From the NCBI GenBank assembly GCA_964016885.1, contig OZ024756.1, positions 25,978,001 to 26,042,000 on the forward strand: 64,000 nucleotides of DNA, written 5' to 3'. The translations under genes and the position numbers were made by a program. The stretch comes from Eledone cirrhosa. Lineage: Eukaryota. The first letter of the stretch is position 1, and every line of letters begins with the position of its first letter. This document shows positions 1 through 10,656 of the stretch, in pieces. Below the pieces are notes generated by a model, which had not been told where the DNA came from, did not search any database, and saw only the letters and a list, made by a program, of their open reading frames with translations.

Positions 1-23
1 AAGATAAGATAAAAGTCACTCAC

Positions 24-165
24 CAATACAAGTAATAACACCAGATACTTTGGCACGGAACTGGGAAAAGAGAACATCTTTAACAGGTTGATTGGTGACT
101 GAAACAAGTGTCTCACTTGGATACATGTGGAGCCCTGCCTTGATTTCCTGGGAACTTAGGAAAAT
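24..165 (-). CDS. NOMO: NOMO exon 13
   Basis: IFLSSQEIKAGLHMYPSETLVSVTNQPVKDVLFSQFRAKVSGVITCI; AG/GT flanks. Confidence 0.92.
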
Positions 166-3100
166 CTAGAATAACAATAAATAAGATTATTATTATCATT
201 ATCAGTAGATTGGCAGTATCAATACAGCGTTGGACATGCTTTATGGCACAGAGTTACGGCACTTTACATTCCGAGTTCAAATCCCACCAGGTTAGCTTTG
301 CCTTTCATCCCTACAGGATCGATAAAATAATTACCAGTATGTACTGGGGTCGATTTAATCAACTTTCCCCTCCCGCTAAATTTGTTGACCTTGTGCCTAA
401 ACCAGAAATCATCGTTATTTGCTTTGTAGCATTTAGTTACTGTCCTTTATGTTCTGAATTCAAATCCTGCTGAAGTCAACTTTGCCTTTCATCCATTCAG
501 GATTGATAAAATTAAGTACCAGTCATGTAATGGGGTTGATATAATTACTTTTCCTTTCCCACCAATATTGCTGGACGAGCCAAAATTAGAAATTATTATT
601 GTCAGAATTGGTAGAGCGTTGGCCACTTTTGTGGCATAGATTTATGGCCCTTTATGTTTTGAGTACAAATCCCGCCGAGGTTAGTTTTGCCTTTCATCCT
701 TACGGGGTCGATAAAATATAGTACCAGTAATACACTGAGTTAATTGTTGGCCTTGTGCCTATAGTAGAAATCATTATTATTATAATAACAGACAACAACA
801 ATAATGACACAATCAACAAAGATCAATAAGTTCCCATCCCCTCTACCCAATCCCACCAACCAAATAACAAGTAGCTGTCCATCTCAACTATAAAAAAAAA
901 AAACAATATTAGTGAGCCTAGTTAAAAAAAATAATTGACCAACACAGATTTCATGAAAAGTAGCCAACCCAGATTTCATGGAAACTCACCAACACAGATT
1001 TCATGAAAAGTAGCCAACCCAGATTTCATGGAAACTCACCAACACAGATTTCATGAAAAGTATCCAACCCAGATTTCATGGAAACTCACCAACACACATT
1101 TCATAGAAAGTGACCAACCAAAATGTCATGAAAACTGGCTAACCCGAATTTCATGAAAACTGGCCAACCCAAGTGCCAAGAAAACTGGTCAACCCAAATG
1201 TCATGAAAACTGACCGTCTCAGATTTCACGAACAAGAAGAAACAAAAATAACAAATAAAACCAGAAATACCTTGAAAATATATTTTCCTGGTTCAAGCAT
1301 TGCACAGAAGTGTCCCTGCATATCCGTGTCTACGGTTAGTACTTTGAAATTGGCCTTGTTTTCAGTGGAAACCACCACTTGACGCTGATAAACCATGTGG
1401 TCAAGGCCTTTAGGGATTTCATCAATATTCACTTTACCACACACACTGAACCTGTCAAAAATGGAACAAAAAGGGTTTTAGGTTCAAACCCTGTCACGGT
1501 CAACTTTACTCTTCATTATTTCAGGGATTAATGAAATAAAATAGCAATCCAGGAGAAATGGATTGCTAGACTTTTAGAGCTTTGTACAAGATTTTGTTTG
1601 ATGCTTTAAAAGCAGTGATGACCAAACTGAGACAACGTAAAGTAGAGAGAACCCTTTGGCCCTATCAAGGACTTGACAGAAAATCTCTCAGAATATACCC
1701 AATACACTAGGGCCAAAATAAAATACACCCAATCTACTTTGTAAAGTGGTATTGCTAGTACTGCATTAAAATGTACTGTCTACCCAATAAAGTGGCGATG
1801 TTGGTGCCATGATAAAATGCTCCCTATACACTCGGTAAAGTGGTTGACATTAGGGAGGTCATCCAGTTGTAGGAAGCATACCAAAATATGGAATGATTGA
1901 GCAAGACATGATTCTCTGATTTGTCTAGTCTTGGACTGTGATAACCTGTCCAGCCTATGATAGCATGGACAACAGACATAAAATGATGGTGATGATGATG
2001 GTAATAATGGCGATGATGGGGGTGATGGTGGTCTAAAACTAGTAATACTACATCTACCAAACTCTAAAGGACATGACAGTGACAAAGGTCAATTTACCTT
2101 GAGGCAATTATATCCTGAAGGTGAGGTGTGTTAGGGAGGTAAAACAGGTGACAAAGGTCAACTTACTTTGAGGCAATGATGTCATGAAGGTGAGGTGTGT
2201 TAGGGGTTATCTTCAACAAGATCTCATCAAAGAATATATCCTCAGATGTCACCTGGATGGAGTATTTGCCAGCTTTCATATTCTCCAACAGGTAGGAACC
2301 ATCCGGACTTGTTATGGCCATCAGTTTGCCGCTCACAGTTATTTTGGCACCTCCAATACCGGAACCCTGTTTCAAAGAAGAAGAAACAAACAGAAACATA
2401 TGTAGATTTTTGCTGTTACTGTGCCCATAACCCCTAATTGAGTTGTAAACCTAACAGAGCCCACCCCTCTGGGGAAAAGGAAGAATCAACCCCAGAATGT
2501 GTAAGTGGCTGAGTATTCTGTAGACGTGTGCCATAACATAATTCTTAGGAAGCTTCAGCATGACACATTTTATGAAAAGCTGGCCCTGTGAATTACAGGT
2601 ACAATATCCGTCTAACAGGCTTCTAAACAGTTTTCTTTTACCAAGTTTGGGGTCAACCCAAAGTAATGGTAAAAGGTATTTATTTGCACAAGAAGGCCCA
2701 CACTGGAACTTTATGATTTTGTAGCAAACTTCTTAACCATGCTACGTTACACCATCAACCATTATTCAGCCAATAAAAATGAACCATTCACTCATGGTAG
2801 GGTACCTACAACCATTATTCAATCAGTAAAATGAAAAGAAAAAACATCCCCCCAAGAAATAGATACCCAGGAAATGTTGAATTCTTACCTGAATCGCGTC
2901 CAAAATTCGACCACTTACAGAAAATCCAGCAACCTGAAATTCTTTCTGGAAAACAAACAAGGAGACAAATTATCAGTAAACTTCATGAGGCTGTGTCATC
3001 AATACTGCAATGTATTTCATTATTGAAGTCTAGGATTGCTATGTGGTGTTGTGGTGGTAGTGGTGGTGTTGTGATGTTGTGGTGGTGGTGTTGTGGTGGT

Positions 3101-6100
3101 AGTGGTGGTGTTATGATGTTGTGATGTTGTGGTGGTGGTGTTGTGGTGGTAGTGGTGGTGGTAGTGTGATGGTAGTGGTGGTGTTGTGGTGGTAGTGGTG
3201 GTGTTATGATGTTGTGATGTTGTGGTGGTGGTGTTGTGGTGGTAGTGGTGGTGGTAGTGTGATGGTAGTGGTGGTGTTGTGATGGTAGTGGTGGTGTTGT
3301 GATGGTAGTGGTGGTGTTGTGATGGTAGTGGTGGTGTTGTGATGGTAGTGGTGGTGTTGTGATGGTAGTGGTGGTGTTGTGATGGTAGTGGTGGTGTTGT
3401 GATGGTAGTGGTGGTAGTATGATGGTAGTGGTGGTAGTATGATGGTAGTGGTGGTAATGTGATGGTAGTGGTGGTAATGTGATGGTAGTGGTGGTAATGT
3501 GATGGTAGTGGTGGTAATGTGATGGTAGTGGTGGTAATGTGATGGCAGTGGTGGTAATGTGATGGTAGTGGTGGTAGTATGATGGTAGTGGTGGTAGTAT
3601 GATGGTAGTGGTAGTAATGTGATGGTAGTGGTGGTAGTGTGATGGTAGTAGTGGCAGTAGTGTGGTGGTTGTGGTAGCAAGTGACAGAAACTAAGAGAGA
3701 AAGAGAGAGAGAGAGAGTATACTCACACGCAATACCACTGAATTATGTTTCACTTGAAATACCATTTTTTCTGGTACCACATCAAATGTGATATGTTCTC
3801 CTTTGTAGAATGGTATCTGGAGAGTGGGGTGGGCAACAGTAGCAGGAAGCGAAAGAGAAAACATACAAATATAATATATAAGACAATGGTGTGTGTATGT
3901 GTATACATATATGAGTGTGTATGTATGCGTTTGTGTGTGTATGCATGAATCTATGAATGTGGTATAACAATCAATATTTTTTAGTAATCAATAAAATATA
4001 TTTCTCATCTATAAAATAGATTACATATATTTTTCTCTTGCAATATTTGGGGGTCTAAAATTTCTATTCATGATGACATTGGAGATTAAAATAGTTCAAA
4101 TTATATATAATCATCATCATCATCATCATCATTCCATATTTGCTTTCCCTGCTTTCTCTGCTAGCAAAGGTTGGATTGGTCATCACAGACCAAGTCAGTC
4201 CTTGACTGGAGCTACTGACCTCTCAGACAAGCTGGGTGCATATAATAGAGGTGTCAACACTAGGGATAGTCGTGGTGCCTTTGACACAACTGAATAATCC
4301 TCTCAACTTTTTGTTTGACAGGATACTCTTCCCATCACCAACCATATTTCTTTCTTTTCTTACTCCTGTCTATCTTTCTAATTCTTCTATCTGTCATTCT
4401 ATCTTCTGATGAAGAAGTAACATCCAAAATGCTAAGACTATTTACCTACTATGTCAAATGTTAAACTAATATATATCATATAAAAATAAGAAAACTCATT
4501 GCTAGTACAGCCGTTAAAACAGCTAGATGCTGTTAAAGACAGCGATGGGCAAAAATGCCTCAGAGGACAGAGACCAGTGGTCAACAGAGAGACAATCCAC
4601 TGGTCTCTGTCGTTGACAGCATTTAGCTGTTTTAACGGCTGTTCTAGCAATGGGTTTTCTCATTTTTATATGTATTCAAATTCACTCTCGCTTCGTCTTG
4701 ATCAGAGACAACATTGTATTTTCATTTAATATATATCAACGTTGTTTTTCCTTATTGACTTTTTGCATACTTACACACACATACAGATACACACCAAGAA
4801 GAGATGTGTGGCTGTTACTCACCAAATAATACTGTCCTGTTGGAAGAGACGGGAAGCTGAACGTGCCGTCCTCCTTTGAAGACATATGACAAATGAAATC
4901 ATCACCATTCTTTAACCCTTTTATTGCAGACTTCTCACAGGAGGACACTAACTGAAAATAGTTGGAACAAAGAACAAGACAATCATTTCAAGAAACAAAT
5001 ATTGAGGAAAACTCAAACCATGTCTGAACAGACCCCCACCCTCACCATTGTGACACGTAGGGTCAAACAATACACCTATTACTTCTTATGGAGAATGGGG
5101 GGGGGGGCCTAACCCTTTTATGCACACGTGTATATAATGACTCATGCACTGTTCATTTTCCTGATGTTTGTACATTACTCTATGTACTATACATACACTT
5201 TTGATGAGTTGTAGTGCACCTGAGCACTGTACACAATATTTTCATTATTATTATTATTAATACCAAACAAACTGAAACCACCCTTGATTCTACAATGCAG
5301 AATTGTTCATTTTAAAGTGTTTATGTTATTCTAAAAACCCTCCATCATAATTTTATGTAAGAAGACCCTTTGTTAAGTTATGTTCCAAACACAAACTTAA
5401 TGAGAAGGTTAGTTATATTACTAAACCCTTCCACATTATTCTTTACTTTCGAAACTATTTGAATTTCATAACTAATGGCCTTCTTTAGAAATATGGTAAC
5501 AAAAGAGTTAAGAGATAGAGAATGAGAAAACAGACAGACAGACAGACAGAGACAAAGAGTGAGAGAGACAGAGAAACAGGCAGACAGACAGACAGACAGA
5601 CTTACCTGTGGGTTGACTGTGTCAGAATAAAGCAGAAAATGCACACCTTTGATGGGTTCCCCTTCACTAAATACATGGCCCTGTCAGGAAATATAAAGGG
5701 TTGTCTAAATACCTTTTATTTTACTGTTTAGTGAAGGCGAGGAGGGAGGAGATCATGGAGTTTGTGACACTCTTTTTAGTGCCTCTGTGACTGTTGAGAA
5801 GGAGAGGAGGGAGGAGGGAGTGAAAGTGGGGTAGTGAGGGAGAGAGGGAGGAATGAGAGTGGAGGGAGTGAAAGTGGGGGTAGTGAGAGAGTAGAGGGGG
5901 AAGGGCTGAAGTATCTTCAAACACTGGAGAAGTGACAGGAATACTTACAACAGGCTGGAAGTAGTGGTGCTGGAGATGTTGGTAGTGGTGGTAGATTGTG
6001 GTGGTGGTGGTTGTAGTATTGATGGTTGTAGTGTTGATAGTATTGGTAGTTGTAGTGCAGGTAGTAGTGATGATAGTATTGGTAGTGGTGGTGGTGGTGG

Positions 6101-9100
6101 TAGTATTGGTGATTGTAGTGTTGGCAATGGTTGTGGAGGTGTTGGATGTGGTGGTGGTATTGGTAATTATGCTGGTGATGGTGGTGTTGAGATGGTGATG
6201 TTTACGGTGTTGGTGTTGATGGTGAGCATTATGATGTGAAGTTTGCAAAAAAAAAAAAAAAAAAAAATTGAAAACCATAAAAAAAGTTAAGACTTACATT
6301 GACATCATAACCTGCTACGATCAGGTCATCACTGATAAAAACATTGTCTGAACTGACCGTCACTTTTATCTCAGACTACAACAAAATAACAAACAGAAAA
6401 ATATTAAAATTGACCCTTCAGTTATTTAGAATGCGATATAAAGTTTTTGTTTAACTCTTTAGCATGTAAACAGGCCATATCTGGCTAGAATTTTCTCACC
6501 TCTTTCTGTTCAAAGCAGCCATAACCGGTCACTCATACTAAAGTTAAGGTATTGTTCTCAAAATAAATATCAAAATCTCTTAGATTCGATATTATGTGAG
6601 ATAATTATGTAAGATAAAGCCTTTAACACAAATATACAATAGTAAATATAGAGTAATGTAAATACTAAATTGTTAAAGCTTTTATTTCAACATCTGATGA
6701 AAAGAATTCTGTCCAAGCAAATGGTAAATTGTATGATTTCTGTGAGAAGTTGTTACATGGTAGTGAGATATGGGTGGTGAAGGTAAGAGGATATGTGGGG
6801 GCTGGAGATGGACAGAAATGAAGCTAGTAGGTTCTGATGCATAAATGACAAAGGACAGAAGGGCTGAGAAAGAAAAAAAACAAAACTGGGCATAAAAAGA
6901 TCTAATGAGGCATACAGGAGAAAATTGAATTGCTATGGTATGTAATATGTATGGATGATAATGATGATGGTGGTGATGACAATGGTGATGATAATGATGG
7001 TAGAGATGGCAACAATGGTGGTGATGATGATGACAATGATGGTGGTGGTGGTGATAATGATGATGGTGGTGATGATAATGATGATGGTAGAGATGGTGAC
7101 AATGGTGGTGATGCTAGTGACAATGGTAGTGATGATGATAATGATTGTAGTGACAATGGTTGTGGTAGTGATGGTGATAATGATGGTGGTGGTGGCGAGG
7201 AAGATGATAATAGATGCTACTGACATTTAACATTAAAGAAGTAGAAATGTTTTCATATTTTTAAGTTCTTTACCTTTTCAAATTCCCAGATTGGATGTTG
7301 GCCTTTTATGATGTATTCTCCTGGTAGAACTTTCCGGAAATAATAACTGAGAAAAGAAGGAGAAGAAATGAATTGAAATTATTTGAGGAAAGAAATTGTT
7401 TAAAGACAAACATTATTCATTCATTCATCCATCCATCCATCCAGGGGTGCTACAACTCATGATGGAATCATAGGGGAGCAATCTCTAGTTCTGTTAATGT
7501 GGGAAGGGAGAAGTCACTGGTTCTATTAAAGTGAGGGGTAAAACCTCACAAAACACCCCTGTTATGTAAATTTAATAGAAAAATACCATCTACAAACAGC
7601 CAGACCACACCATCCAATTATGTAAGTGTGGTAGATACACCATCATCTTACAACCTCACAACATCAGATCTCACTCCAGTTCTATAAACATGGTAGATAA
7701 ACCATCTCACAACCTTACAACACACCACAGTTATCTAAATGTGGTAGATACACCACCATCTCACAACATCACAACTCACTCCAGTTCTGTAAACATGGTA
7801 GATAAACCATCTCACAACCTTACAACACACCACAGTTATCTAAATGTGGTAGATACACCACCATCTCACAGCCCCACAACATAACATACTCCAGATATAG
7901 AGGAACCACCATTTCACAACAGAAGATTCAATGACTTACAAATCACCCTCCTTTGTAACGGTAGTCTGTAATACTTCAGAGGTATCGGCAGTCACCAGGC
8001 TCAACTTTACACCCCCAGGGCCAGTTTTTTCACCATTACTCAACACCTGGTTAGAGGAGAAGGGTTAAAAACTTTTTTTTTAAATTACAAAACAATGACA
8101 AACAAAAACAAAGATCTTTATACAATAGAAAAAAAAGGAAAATGAAATGAAATTTACAGCTCAAACCTATCAAAGTTTAGTTGACCTACAAGGTTGTATT
8201 TCATAGGAGGTTTCTCTCGTGTTTTACACACATCACATAATTTTACCAGTCAATAGTCTACACACACACCCACTCTACCAGTTAATCGTGTACACACACA
8301 CACACACATCACTCTACCAGTCAATAGCCTACACATACACCAGACCATTCTACCAGTCAATTGTCTACACACACACACACACCAGACCATTCTACCAGTC
8401 AATAGTCTACACACACACACACCAGACCATTCTACCAATCAATAGTCTACACACAACACCAGACCATTCTACCAGTCAATAGTCTACACACATACACCAG
8501 ACCATTCTGCCAGTTAATTGTCTACACACACACACCAGACCATTTTACCTGTTAATCATCTACATATACACACCAGGCCATTCTACCGGTCAATCGTCTA
8601 CACACACACACCTGACCATTCTACCAGTCAATAGTCTATACACACACACACACCAGACCATTCTACCAGTCAACAGTCTACATACATCTCACCATTCTAC
8701 CATGAAGAAACATAAGATATGACTCACCATTCCCCGGATAGAAAAACCCTTAAATTGAAAGTTGATGTCCTCACCCAAGCTACACTTATCTGTACTACCA
8801 TCCACATGTAAACGCACAGATTCTGGCTCTGAAAAATATACAATTTTAATCATTTGTTCGTTACTGGTGCATTGAAGAAATTTGAAAACATGTTTGTTTT
8901 TTGAAAAGTCACCACAATGTAAATAACTATAAATAGTAGTTGAATATGTCGGCTAAAATATCCCTGAAGAGGGAAAATATTGGACAGACCCACATGTAAA
9001 AATCAAACCAAGCAGCTGTTGTATTCCAGAGTATTGCATTTTACTATTACAGTTTTAACCCTTTCATTACCATATTTCTAATGAAATGCAGTCTTTGTCC

Positions 9101-10625
9101 TTAAACCTTGCATTACCATATTTTTTATGAAAGACATTGTTACCTACGCTTTCCAAATAATTTTGAAAATAATCAAAATTTGCTGAGATTTAGTAATATA
9201 ACTAACTTTTCCATTCCTAAGTTGATGTTTATAACATAACTTAAATGTTCTTACATTAAATTATGAGAAGTTTTTAGATAAATAAATATAAACACTTTAA
9301 ACCTTTTTGTTACCAAATTTCTAATGTATGACATTGCCTATAATTTTCAAATCATTTCAAATCAAAAATTTGGAGGGATTTAATAATATATATAACTTTC
9401 TCATTATGAAGTTGGTGTTTGAAACATACAGGTTCTCATATAAAATGACAATGAAAGGTTTTTACCTAAACAAACAATTTAAAATAAACAGTTTTGTATC
9501 ACAGAACCAGGGGCGATTTCAGCCAGCTTGATATCGAAAGGGTTAATGTCACTTGTCGTCATGTCTTTACAATTAGACTAATTAGAACTATGGTTATGAA
9601 AGGGTTAAGAGTACTTACCAAAGCTCCATCCTGGGGGTGGCTCAACCTGCAAGATGAAGTCCCCTTTATCGTAGAGAGGCACCAGGTAGTAGCCGTTGTT
9701 GGGGGCACAGTCTGTTTGGTATTTGATACTCCCTTGTAAAGTGTACAGCTTCATCTGAGGAGAAAACAATACAATAACTGATGTAACAGAATGGCCATCT
9801 ATATTATAGCTTTGACTTTAGTATTAGTATTGGGTTGGCCAAAATGTCTGTCCTTTTTTGCCATACTAAACTTCAGGTGCTCTCATAGTTACTAACTTTA
9901 CTTTTTTCCTTCTGAGTATGCACTAGTTAAATACTTAATACTTCAAAGTAGTTCGTAGCAAAATTTTGACGAGATTGGTTGTATTTTGTACATTTTATCT
10001 TAACCCACAAAATGGAGAACCAAAATGAACATTATCAACACATCATGCTTTTTTATTCTAAAAAAAATAAGAAAGTTGCAGGAACATATGTGCTGTGTAT
10101 GGAGAGGATGCTAAGAAAACTGAACGGACTTTTTAGCCAACCCAATAGACTAACAGAGGGGTTAAATATACTATTGATATAGATGATTCCAACATTAGTA
10201 GACTAACAGAGGAGTCAACTATACTATAGATATAGATGACTCAAGTATTAGTAGGTGTTTTTTGTTGACGTTTAGCAATCAGCCATGAATACCAGGCTGC
10301 CCTCTCCACAACACCAATGAAAACGCAAACACTAATACAGTTTGGTACCATTCATGTAGCAACTCATCTTTTCCAGCTGAGTGGACTGGAATAACATGAA
10401 ATAAAGTGTCTTATTGAAGGACACAACGGATTGCCCGGTCTGAGAATTGAACTCATGACATAATGTTTGAGAGCCCAACACTAACCACAACCATTAAGTA
10501 CAGGGAGGTGGTTGAAAAGAGGGTGTCAAAGCCAGACATACCTTTTGTATAATGGCATAGCAAAGATAGCTGGCTCAGAGACAGGTTTAAACCAGATTAA
10601 ACCAGATTAGGTTTAACAAAACGGA

Positions 10626-10656
<31 letters not shown>

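Noticed and set aside
3204-7230. His/Thr-, Asp/Gly- and Val/Met-rich ORFs
   Set aside because: Low-complexity trinucleotide repeats inside NOMO introns; the NOMO frame is complete without them
8960-9000. Hammerhead at CTGAAGAGGG..CCC; similar weak hits near 29540, 47000, 52686 and 55953
   Set aside because: GAAA or core nucleotides are missing and stem I is not evident; at most heavily decayed relics
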